Below are positions 56,223-64,000 of a stretch of 64,000 nt of DNA, piece by piece. The first letter of the stretch is position 1. The number at the start of each line of letters is the position of its first letter. The notes under the pieces are model-generated. The model had not been told where the DNA came from and did not search any database. It saw only the letters and a list, made by a program, of their open reading frames with translations. A program made the position numbers and the translations under genes. The DNA comes from a bacterium (lineage in GTDB: Bacteria; UBA8248). The stretch lies in assembly GCA_965203325.1 (NCBI GenBank), contig OZ241875.1, forward strand, positions 1,088,001-1,152,000, given 5' to 3'.

Positions 56223-57343
56223 GCCGCCTGTTCCACTCGGTCGCCGAATTCATCTCCCTCACCGGGTTCGCGTCCCTTCATTTCGGGGACGTCCTCATGC
56301 TCGCCATCTCCTGCCTCCTGCTCTACCTGGCCATCCATAAGGGCTTTGAACCCCTGCTCCTGGTGCCCATCGGGTTCGGCATGCTGCTCTCGAACCTCCC
56401 TGAAACCGGCATTTTCGACAAGGGCGGCCTCATCCACTATTTCTATTTCGGGGTGAAGGCGGGCGTGTTCCCGCCCCTGATCTTCATGGGCATCGGAGCG
56501 CTCACGGATTTCGGCCCGCTGCTCGCAAATCCCAAGACGCTGCTCCTCGGAGCTGCGGCGCAGTTCGGCATTTTCGCCACGCTGCTCGGGAGCATATTCC
56601 TGGGCTTCAACCTCTCCGAAGCCGGCGCCATCGGCATCATCGGCGGGGCGGACGGCCCCACGGCCATCTACACGGCTTCCAAGCTGGCGCCCCACCTGCT
56701 CGGCCCCATCGCCGTGGCCGCCTACAGCTATATGGCGCTCGTGCCGATGATTCAGCCCCCCATCATGAAGGCGCTGACGAACAGCGAGGAACGCTCGCGG
56801 GAGATGATGCAGCTAAAAGAGATCGAAAAGCCCGTCCGCATCCTCTTCCCCATCATCACGACGCTGCTCACGGGCCTTCTCCTCCCCTCGGCGGCGCCCC
56901 TCATCGGGATGCTCATGCTCGGCAACCTCTTCCGCGAGTGCGGGGTCGTCGAGAGGCTCTTGAAGACTTCCGAAGATGCGCTGCTCAACATCGTGACGAT
57001 ATTCCTCGGCGTCTCGGTGGGCGCTTCGATGACGGCGGAGACTTTCCTCAAGTGGGAGACCATCGGCATCCTCCTGCTCGGCTTCATCGCCTTCGGCATC
57101 GGCACGGCCACCGGCGTCATCTTCGGCAAGATCATGGCGGCGTGCAGCCGCACGCCGATCAATCCCCTCATCGGCGCGGCGGGCGTGAGCGCGGTTCCCA
57201 TGGCGGCCCGCGTCGTCCAGAAGGTGGGGGCCGACGAGAATCCGGGCAATTTTCTGCTCATGCACGCGATGGGGCCCAACGTGGCGGGCGTCATCGGCTC
57301 GGCGATTGCGGCCGGTGTACTGATTTCACTCATCCGAATCTGA
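56219..57343 (+). CDS. Na+-translocating decarboxylase beta subunit (OadB/MmdB)
   Basis: [56 protein letters not shown]. Confidence 0.95.
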   Translation: MSRLFHSVAEFISLTGFASLHFGDVLMLAISCLLLYLAIHKGFEPLLLVPIGFGMLLSNLPETGIFDKGGLIHYFYFGVKAGVFPPLIFMGIGALTDFGPLLANPKTLLLGAAAQFGIFATLLGSIFLGFNLSEAGAIGIIGGADGPTAIYTASKLAPHLLGPIAVAAYSYMALVPMIQPPIMKALTNSEERSREMMQLKEIEKPVRILFPIITTLLTGLLLPSAAPLIGMLMLGNLFRECGVVERLLKTSEDALLNIVTIFLGVSVGASMTAETFLKWETIGILLLGFIAFGIGTATGVIFGKIMAACSRTPINPLIGAAGVSAVPMAARVVQKVGADENPGNFLLMHAMGPNVAGVIGSAIAAGVLISLIRI

Positions 57344-57358
57344 AGGAGCGACATTTTC

Positions 57359-58549
57359 ATGGCTGGACCACTCGAAGGCGTTCGCGTAGTCGACCTGACG
57401 CGAATCCTCGCAGGCCCGTACTGCACCATGATGCTGGGCGATATGGGCGCGGAAGTCATCAAGATCGAACATCCCCAGGGCGGGGACGACACCCGAGGCT
57501 GGGGGCCACCCTTTCTGAACGGGGTGAGCACATACTTCATCTCGATTAACCGCAACAAGAAAAGCCTCACGCTCAACCTGAAGGACGAGCGCGGCAAGGA
57601 ACTCCTGCGCGATCTGATTCGCAAGGGCGACGTCGTCGTGGAGAACTTCCGGCCCGGCACGCTGGACAAGCTCGGGTTTTCTTGGGAGGAGATCCACCGC
57701 ATCAACCCCGCAGTCATATTCGCCTCGCTCTCGGGCTTCGGCCAGACCGGCCCCCGGAAAAACGAGCCCGGCTTCGACGTGGTCATCCAGGGCGAGGGCG
57801 GAATCATGAGCATCACCGGAGAGCCCGACGGCCCGCCCAGCAAGTTTGGCGCATCCATTGGAGACATCACGGCGGGAATGCTCGCCGCCCAGGGCGTTCT
57901 ACTCTCCCTCTACCACCGCGAGAAGACCGGCGTCGGGCAGATGGTCGACGTCGGCATGCTCGACGGGCAGGTGGCCCTGCTCACCTACCACGCGAACAAC
58001 TACTTCGGAACCGGAAAGCTACCGCCCAGGCGGGGGAACAAGCATCCCTCCATCACGCCGTATGAGACATACAAGTGCAAGGACGGGTATTTCAACCTCG
58101 GCGTGGGCAACGACAGCCTCTGGCGCAGGTTCTGCGACGCGATGGGGCTTGCGGAGATCAAGGAAGACCCCAAATTCGCCATCAACAAGGACAGGGTGGA
58201 CAACCGCCTGGAGCTCCAGGAGATTCTCGACCCCTTCTTCGCCGAGAAGACGGTGGGTGAAACGATCGAAACCCTGCGGGGAGCAGGCATCCCGTGCGGC
58301 CCCATCAACAATCTCGAGCAGGTGCTGAACGAGCCCCAAATCCTCGCGCGCGAGATGGTGGTGGATATCGACGTGCCCGTCGCCGGCCCCACGAAGGTGA
58401 CCGGCGTACCCATCAAGCTCTCCGAAACCCCGGGCGCGGTGCGGACGCCGCCGCCCACGCTGGGCCAGCACACAGAAGAGGTGCTCGAATCCGTCCTCGG
58501 CATGGATGAGGCGCAAAGAAAAACGCTTCGAGACGAAGGCGTGGTGTGA
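57359..58549 (+). CDS. CaiB/BaiF family (class III) CoA-transferase
   Basis: LAGPYC, GAEVIKIE, NRNKKS, ENFRPG, PPTLGQHT. Confidence 0.93.
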   Translation: MAGPLEGVRVVDLTRILAGPYCTMMLGDMGAEVIKIEHPQGGDDTRGWGPPFLNGVSTYFISINRNKKSLTLNLKDERGKELLRDLIRKGDVVVENFRPGTLDKLGFSWEEIHRINPAVIFASLSGFGQTGPRKNEPGFDVVIQGEGGIMSITGEPDGPPSKFGASIGDITAGMLAAQGVLLSLYHREKTGVGQMVDVGMLDGQVALLTYHANNYFGTGKLPPRRGNKHPSITPYETYKCKDGYFNLGVGNDSLWRRFCDAMGLAEIKEDPKFAINKDRVDNRLELQEILDPFFAEKTVGETIETLRGAGIPCGPINNLEQVLNEPQILAREMVVDIDVPVAGPTKVTGVPIKLSETPGAVRTPPPTLGQHTEEVLESVLGMDEAQRKTLRDEGVV

Positions 58550-58630
58550 GGCTTGGGAGCATGAAAATCTTCGGAGGCTTCTCCGGCATTATGGCGTTGA
58601 GACTTCGCAAGGGCTCGTGGGGGGATTGAG

Positions 58631-59338
58631 GTGCGGATACCGGGCGTTCAGATCGAAAAACCCAAATCCCTGAGCAAGATGGTGTCGGAACAGATAAAAG
58701 ACGCCATTCTGAGCGGCATCTTCCAGCCGGGAGACAAGCTGGTCGAGACGACGCTCACCGAATCGATGGGCGTGAGCAGAACCCCGCTCCGCGAAGCCTT
58801 CCGGGAGCTCGCGGCGGAAGGCTACATCACCGTCGTCCCGCACAAGGGGGCGCACGTGAGCCTCGTGAGCGAAGATGAAGTCCTGGACATCTACACAATC
58901 ACCAGCGTACTGGAAGGCCTCGCCACGCGCCTCGCGACTCCGAATCTTCGCGAAGGCAGGGCGAATGAGACGCTCCATGCGTTTTTCGAGCAGTTGAAGC
59001 GCCACCACGAGCGCGGCGAAGTGGACGAATACTGGGCGGCGAACCGCGATTTTCACCGCCACATCACGAGCGCTTGTGAGAACTCGAGACTACAGGGGCT
59101 CATCGGGAACCTGCGGCAGCAGATCATGAAGACCCGCGTGGTCACGCTTCACGCGCCCGGGCGTCTCGATAATTCCATGGCCGAGCACGAGGATATACTC
59201 GATGCCATTCTCGACGGCGACGCGAGAGCCGCAGAACGCCTGGTGATCAGGCACCTGGAAATTCAAGGGAAATTCGTACTGGACCTCATCAAGAAATCAC
59301 TTGAAAGCGCAAGCGTCTCGGCCGGAGAACACGACTAG
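58631..59338 (+). CDS. GntR family regulator (FCD domain)
   Basis: GVSRTPLREA wHTH, NRDFH, EHEDILDA. Confidence 0.92.
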   Translation: MRIPGVQIEKPKSLSKMVSEQIKDAILSGIFQPGDKLVETTLTESMGVSRTPLREAFRELAAEGYITVVPHKGAHVSLVSEDEVLDIYTITSVLEGLATRLATPNLREGRANETLHAFFEQLKRHHERGEVDEYWAANRDFHRHITSACENSRLQGLIGNLRQQIMKTRVVTLHAPGRLDNSMAEHEDILDAILDGDARAAERLVIRHLEIQGKFVLDLIKKSLESASVSAGEHD

Positions 59339-60450
59339 GCGAACACCTCCCCCACGCTTGCGCCCTCCATTTGCAGGGCATCGGCCACGCCCGCATGCGT
59401 GATGCGCCCTTCGGCCACGTTCAGGCCGTCGGCGAGGTGCGGATTGCGCCCCACCGCTTCTTTGACCCCTGAGTTGGCCAGTTCCAGGGCGTAGGGCAGC
59501 ACGGCGTTCGAGAGCGCGATGGTGCTCGTGCGGGGGACGACCCCCGGCATGTTCGCCACGCCGTAGTGGACGACGCCGTCTACGACGTAGGTGGGGTCCG
59601 AGTGATAGGTGGGCCGTATCGTCTCCACGCAGCCGCCCTGGTCCACCGCCACGTCCACGATGACGGCGCCGGGATTCATCTCCCCCAGCATCTCGCGCGA
59701 AACCAGAACCGGCGTGCGGCCTCCAGGCACCAAAACGGCGCCGATGACCAGGTCCGCCTCGCGCAGGGCTTCGCGTATGGTAAAGCGCGTGGATACCAGC
59801 GTCTTGACCCGGCCGTCGAAGATATCGTCGATATATTCGAGGCGCGCGTGATTGATGTCGAAAACCGTGACGCCCGCGTGCATGCCCACTGCAATCTTGG
59901 CCGCGTTCTTCCCCACGATGCCCGCTCCGAGGATGACCACGTTTCCCCGCGGGACGCCCGGCGCCCCGGCCAGCAGGACGCCGCGGCCCCCTAAGTTTTT
60001 CCCCAGATACTTGGCGCCTTCCTGGACGGCCATCCTGCCCGCTATTTCGCTCATGGGCTGTAGAATCGGCAAAACGCCTTCGGGCGAGGTCACCGTCTCG
60101 AACGCGATGCCGCAGGCTCCGCTCTCGATGAGTGCGCGCGCCAGGGGCCGACAGGCGGCCAGATGCAAAAAGGCGAACAGAATCTGCCCCTCGCGCATCA
60201 TCGGAAACTCCGGCTCCAGGGGCTCCTTGACCTTGACGATCATCTCCCCCTCCGCCCAGAGTTCCTCCGCGGAGGAGACGATATGCGCACCCACCGCCTC
60301 GTATTCCGCATCCGCGATGCCGGCGTCGAGACCTGCGCCCTTTTCCACCATCACGGTGTGGCCCGCCTCCGCGAGAGCCTCAACGGCGCCAGGCGTCAAG
60401 GCGACCCTGTATTCATCCTGTTTGATTTCCCTGAGCAGCCCGATTTTCAT
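59335..60450 (-). CDS. ald: Alanine dehydrogenase
   Basis: EIKQDEYRVALTP, VKVKEP, FLHLA, MSEIAGR, DVAVDQGG, VANMPG. Confidence 0.95.
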   Translation of the reverse strand: MKIGLLREIKQDEYRVALTPGAVEALAEAGHTVMVEKGAGLDAGIADAEYEAVGAHIVSSAEELWAEGEMIVKVKEPLEPEFPMMREGQILFAFLHLAACRPLARALIESGACGIAFETVTSPEGVLPILQPMSEIAGRMAVQEGAKYLGKNLGGRGVLLAGAPGVPRGNVVILGAGIVGKNAAKIAVGMHAGVTVFDINHARLEYIDDIFDGRVKTLVSTRFTIREALREADLVIGAVLVPGGRTPVLVSREMLGEMNPGAVIVDVAVDQGGCVETIRPTYHSDPTYVVDGVVHYGVANMPGVVPRTSTIALSNAVLPYALELANSGVKEAVGRNPHLADGLNVAEGRITHAGVADALQMEGASVGEVFA

Positions 60451-60887
60451 GAACCGTCCGCCTCCTCTTCCACGACGTGGAAGGTGCTCTCCGCCTCGGC
60501 GACGGCGCGACCGTCTTCCGCCCTGGTCGCTTTTCCCTCCATAACGACGAACCTGCCCTTTTTCTTCTTCAATCTTCCTTCGAGCAGCAAGGGAGTGCCG
60601 ACGGGCAGGGGGTCGCGGTAGCGAATTTCGCTTCTCGCCGAATAGGCGCGAATTCCTTGGAGGAAAAGCCAGTTCGCCATGACGTCATCGAGAACGCTGA
60701 AGACGATGCCGCCGTGGGTGACGCCGTCGTAGCCCTGGTGAACGGACTGCGGCGTGAACTCGGCGCGGCAGACATCCCCGTCGAGCCGGAACGCGATTTT
60801 CAGGCCAATCGTGTTCTCGGGACCGCATACGAAACAGCCGTCTGCATCCGGGCGTCCTCTCGAAACGGACAATGGTTCGGTCTCCAT
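60447..60887 (-). CDS. PaaI/hotdog-fold thioesterase
   Basis: CFVCG, HQGYDGVTHGG, LDD. Confidence 0.88.
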   Translation of the reverse strand: METEPLSVSRGRPDADGCFVCGPENTIGLKIAFRLDGDVCRAEFTPQSVHQGYDGVTHGGIVFSVLDDVMANWLFLQGIRAYSARSEIRYRDPLPVGTPLLLEGRLKKKKGRFVVMEGKATRAEDGRAVAEAESTFHVVEEEADGS

Positions 60888-60904
60888 TCTGTTTCAGGCA
60901 AACA

Positions 60905-60933
60905 AAAAAGGAGAGCCGCGGCGGCTCTCCTTT
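60905..60933 (-). terminator. Rho-independent terminator after rplQ
   Basis: AAAGGAGAGCCGC...GCGGCTCTCCTTT stem followed by a U-tract on the minus strand. Confidence 0.85.
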
Positions 60934-60957
60934 CGGGAGTCTCTCATATGAGGGCCT

Positions 60958-61380
60958 CTACGCTTCCCCTTGCGCCTCTTTTCTCTTCCGGCGGCGCTCC
61001 CGCCTTTCTTCTTCTCTGGTGGTGTCCCTGTCGACCAACTCGAGGAGCGCCATGGGCGCGGCGTCTCCCTGCCGGGGAGGGAGGCGCAGAATCCGGGTAT
61101 AACCGCCGGGCCGCTCCGCATATCTCGGGGCGATGGTCTCCATGAGCTTGGCGACCGCAGCGGGCGTCTTGAGATAAGAGGCAACCTGCCGCCTTGCATG
61201 GAGCGTGCCCTTCTTGCCCGTGGTGATGATGCGCTCGGCGTGGCGGCGAACCTCCTTGGCCTTCGCCAGCGTCGTTCGCACCCTCTCCTCGTCGATGAGA
61301 GAAGTCACCATGTTCCTCGTCATCGCATCGCGATGTTTCGAGGTGCGTCCCAGTTTTCTGCCGTGCCATCGATGCCGCAT
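60958..61380 (-). CDS. rplQ: 50S ribosomal protein L17
   Basis: MRHR...KLGRTSKHR, TTLAKAKE, RPGGYTRI. Confidence 0.97.
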   Translation of the reverse strand: MRHRWHGRKLGRTSKHRDAMTRNMVTSLIDEERVRTTLAKAKEVRRHAERIITTGKKGTLHARRQVASYLKTPAAVAKLMETIAPRYAERPGGYTRILRLPPRQGDAAPMALLELVDRDTTREEERRERRRKRKEAQGEA

Positions 61381-61391
61381 TAATCCATATC

Positions 61392-62411
61392 CTATTCTTG
61401 TTCGGAATCTTCCGGCGCGCTCAAATCGAGCGGCGAGAGATCCATATAGCTCAAATCCATACCCAGGGACAAACCCATGCCCGTGAGGATATCACGAATT
61501 TCATTCAAACTCTTGCGCCCGAAGTTCCTGGTTTTCAGCAACTCGGCCTCGGTTTTTTGCACCAACTCGCCCAGTGTGCGGATACGCGCGTTTTTCAGGC
61601 AGTTATAGCTGCGAACCGAAAGTTCGAGTTCCTCCACGCTCCTGCTGAGACTCTCGACGATTCTCTGCTTGCGCTCGTCCACCTTGGGCGCCTGGGGCTC
61701 GGTCTCTTCCTCGAAATTGATGAATATCTGGAGGTTGTCCTTCAGTATCTTCGCCGCGTGGGCGACCGCATCGACGGGGGCGATGGTTCCGTTCGTCTCC
61801 ACGTCGAGAATCAGCTTGTCGTAGTCCGTAATGTCGCCCACCCGGGTTTTCTCCACCTGGAAGGTGCAGCGGCGGATGGGGGAGAAGATGGAATCCACCG
61901 GGATGAACTGGGGGCCGAGCGTCAGATCCACGTTTCTCTCCGCGGGAACGTAGCCGCGGCCGATGTTCGCCACGAGTTCCACTTCGAGTTCCGCCTCATC
62001 GTTCATGTTGGCGATCTCGATGTCGGGGGTCAGCACCTTCACGCCCGCAGGGGCATCGATGTCTCCTGCCTTGAATACGCCGGCCGAACCCGAATGCCGA
62101 TAATGCATGTGAACCGGCAAGGTTTCCGATTCCACCTCGATGACGATGTCCTTGAGATTCAGGATGATTTCCGTCACATCTTCCATGACGCCTGGGATGC
62201 TCGAAAACTCGTGAAATACTCCCTCGATGCGCACACCCGTGAAAGCGGCTCCCTGCAGTGAAGACAAGATCACGCGGCGGAGCGCATTGCCCAGCGTAAC
62301 GCCATACCCGCGCTCCAGGGGTTCGGCGACAAAACGGCCGAAAGTATCGGTCAAACTATCCGACTGGGGCTCCAGGCCGGTGGGTTTGACCAGATCAGCA
62401 ATGGCTGTCAT
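61392..62411 (-). CDS. rpoA: RNA polymerase alpha subunit
   Basis: [34 protein letters not shown]. Confidence 0.98.
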   Translation of the reverse strand: MTAIADLVKPTGLEPQSDSLTDTFGRFVAEPLERGYGVTLGNALRRVILSSLQGAAFTGVRIEGVFHEFSSIPGVMEDVTEIILNLKDIVIEVESETLPVHMHYRHSGSAGVFKAGDIDAPAGVKVLTPDIEIANMNDEAELEVELVANIGRGYVPAERNVDLTLGPQFIPVDSIFSPIRRCTFQVEKTRVGDITDYDKLILDVETNGTIAPVDAVAHAAKILKDNLQIFINFEEETEPQAPKVDERKQRIVESLSRSVEELELSVRSYNCLKNARIRTLGELVQKTEAELLKTRNFGRKSLNEIRDILTGMGLSLGMDLSYMDLSPLDLSAPEDSEQE

Positions 62412-62478
62412 CTGCGTTGGTCCTCCGTTCGGCGGTTGACCACTTTTTGAAACAAGTAGGTCGAAACAAATTCGTCAT

Positions 62479-63111
62479 TTATTTGGAATACAGTTCCACA
62501 ATTTGCTGCACGTTGATGTCAATCAGAGAGTCGACCAGATTGGGCGGCTCCAGAACACGCGCTTGAAGATCGGCGTGGTCCACGTCGAGCCAGGCGGGAG
62601 CGCCGCGCACTTTCCCTTTTTCCGCGCTTTGCACGATCAGCGCAATTTTCTTGCTTTTCTCTTTAATCTCGACGACGTCGCCCTTGCGAACGGCGAACGC
62701 CGGGCGATTCACCTTCCGGCCGTTCACCCGAACGTGGTTGTGAGTCACCAGCTGACGCGCCTGATTGCGTGAATCCGCGAAACTCGCCCGGAACACGACG
62801 TTGTCGAGTCTGGACTCGAGCAGAGAAAACAGGTTGTCGCCGGTGACGCCCTTGCGCCGCGCGGCTTCTTTGTAATACAGCCGGAACTGCTTCTCCAGCA
62901 CGCCGTACACCCGGCGCGCTTTTTGTTTCTCGCGAAGCTGCAGCCCGTATTCGCTCAGTTTCCCGCGCGAACGCGCCGCGCCATGCTGCCCTGGCGGAAA
63001 GCTCCGTTTCTCGAAAGAGCATTTATCGCCGATGCAACGGTCGCCCTTCAGGAAGAGCTTCATTCCCTCTCTTCGGCAAAGCCGACAAACCGAATCTTTG
63101 TATCGCGCCAA
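62479..63111 (-). CDS. rpsD: 30S ribosomal protein S4
   Basis: [35 protein letters not shown]. Confidence 0.98.
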   Translation of the reverse strand: MARYKDSVCRLCRREGMKLFLKGDRCIGDKCSFEKRSFPPGQHGAARSRGKLSEYGLQLREKQKARRVYGVLEKQFRLYYKEAARRKGVTGDNLFSLLESRLDNVVFRASFADSRNQARQLVTHNHVRVNGRKVNRPAFAVRKGDVVEIKEKSKKIALIVQSAEKGKVRGAPAWLDVDHADLQARVLEPPNLVDSLIDINVQQIVELYSK

Positions 63112-63136
63112 AATTCAGACTCCCTCTTGCCTTGAC

Positions 63137-63538
63137 CTAGACCCGACGCCGCTTGCGCGGACGGCAACCATTGTGGGGAATAGGCGTTACGTCACGAATG
63201 AGACTCACCTCGAGCCCCGCCGCGGCCAGCGAGCGAATCGCCGCCTCCCGGCCGGAACCCGGACCACTCACGAATACCTCGACCGAAGTCACGCCGAGGT
63301 CCAACGCTTTTTTGGCGACATCCGCAGCAGCCATCTGCGCGGCGAAAGGCGTGCTCTTCCGGGAACCCTTGAATCCCTGCCCGCCGGCCGTCGACCAACA
63401 AACCACGTTCCCGCCCGTGTCGGAAATCGATATCATGGTGTTGTTGAAGGTCGCCAGGATGTGAGCCTGTCCCTTGCCGATGGCTCTCCGCTCACGACGG
63501 CGCTTTCCACCGCGTTTTCCTCTACCCGCTTGCGCCAA
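63137..63538 (-). CDS. rpsK: 30S ribosomal protein S11
   Basis: [29 protein letters not shown]. Confidence 0.98.
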   Translation of the reverse strand: MAQAGRGKRGGKRRRERRAIGKGQAHILATFNNTMISISDTGGNVVCWSTAGGQGFKGSRKSTPFAAQMAAADVAKKALDLGVTSVEVFVSGPGSGREAAIRSLAAAGLEVSLIRDVTPIPHNGCRPRKRRRV

Positions 63539-63576
63539 TTGAAATCTCCTGCCCTATAAGAAACGAAATTGAAAAA

Positions 63577-63951
63577 TCAGTTGTCCTTTTTCTTTGCGCC
63601 CACCGTCTTGCGCGGCCCTTTGCGGGTGCGCGCGTTCGTGTGGGTTCTCTGCCCGCGAACGGGCAATCCACGGCGGTGACGGAGTCCCCGGTAGGTGCCG
63701 ATGTCCATCAATCTCTTGATGTTCATGGTCACCCGGCTCCTCAAGTCGCCCTCCACCGCATAGCCGCGCTCGATAATCTCGCGCAAGGTCTGCACCTCGG
63801 CTTCGGAGAGGTCCTTCACCTTGGAGAAGGTGTTGATATTCGCTTCTTCCACTATCTTGTTCGCGGAAGTCCGCCCGATTCCATAGATATACGTCAAGGC
63901 GATGTTGACGTTCTTGTCGTTGGGAATATCCACTCCGGCAATACGGGCCAT
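63577..63951 (-). CDS. rpsM: 30S ribosomal protein S13
   Basis: [30 protein letters not shown]. Confidence 0.98.
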   Translation of the reverse strand: MARIAGVDIPNDKNVNIALTYIYGIGRTSANKIVEEANINTFSKVKDLSEAEVQTLREIIERGYAVEGDLRSRVTMNIKRLMDIGTYRGLRHRRGLPVRGQRTHTNARTRKGPRKTVGAKKKDN

Positions 63952-63982
63952 TCGCGTTCTCCTCTATTTCCTCGCCGCCGCC

Positions 63983-64000
63983 TCAGCCTTGTCGCTGTTT
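63983..64000 (-). CDS. rpmJ: 50S ribosomal protein L36 (3' end only)
   Basis: Window edge reads KQRQG-stop directly upstream of rpsM. Confidence 0.75.
   Translation of the reverse strand, partial: KQRQG

Noticed and set aside
1..64000. tRNA, rRNA or tmRNA genes, including tRNA-Sec
   Set aside because: No cloverleaf or rRNA-like sequence was recognised in the intergenic regions by eye.

Overview
High-GC bacterial chromosome segment, probably Gram-negative (porin-like protein, M23/OapA-type peptidase). Taxonomy cannot be fixed from sequence alone. Layout: (1) pyc, then a housekeeping block on the minus strand (ftsY, smc, rnc, fabF, acpP, fabD, fabH, plsX, rpmF, yceD, ppx-like, gamma-CA, M23); fabG is missing. 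(2) An accessory region from about 18.7 to 42 kb. It holds an 8-gene phage tail-only module (tail tip/fibre genes, two small membrane proteins, tape-measure-like gene placed last) bracketed by 19-bp near-direct repeats, an IS256 remnant, an FN3-porin chimera and a collapsed two-component pseudogene. It also holds a minus-strand cluster headed by a selenoprotein missed by the ORF track (in-frame TGA in a D-U-G-S-C motif with a candidate SECIS hairpin) and its conserved partner, followed by an Opp/Dpp-type ABC importer, an M20 hydrolase, an amidase captured between 132-bp direct repeats and a class V PLP enzyme. (3) Metabolic genes: cinA, GATase, HAD, flavin reductase, Zn-ADH, cyclase, MocA-like, Fe-ADH, hpt, enolase-superfamily enzyme, HMG-CoA lyase-like, DUF429, a Na+-translocating acyl-CoA decarboxylase cluster with CoA-transferase and GntR, ald and a thioesterase. 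(4) The end of the alpha ribosomal operon (rpmJ end, rpsM, rpsK, rpsD, rpoA, rplQ). Several families of small intergenic repeats and MITEs are present. No rRNA, tRNA or CRISPR array was seen. The best candidates for an undescribed system are the selenoprotein/partner/importer/hydrolase cluster and the permuted tail-only module.
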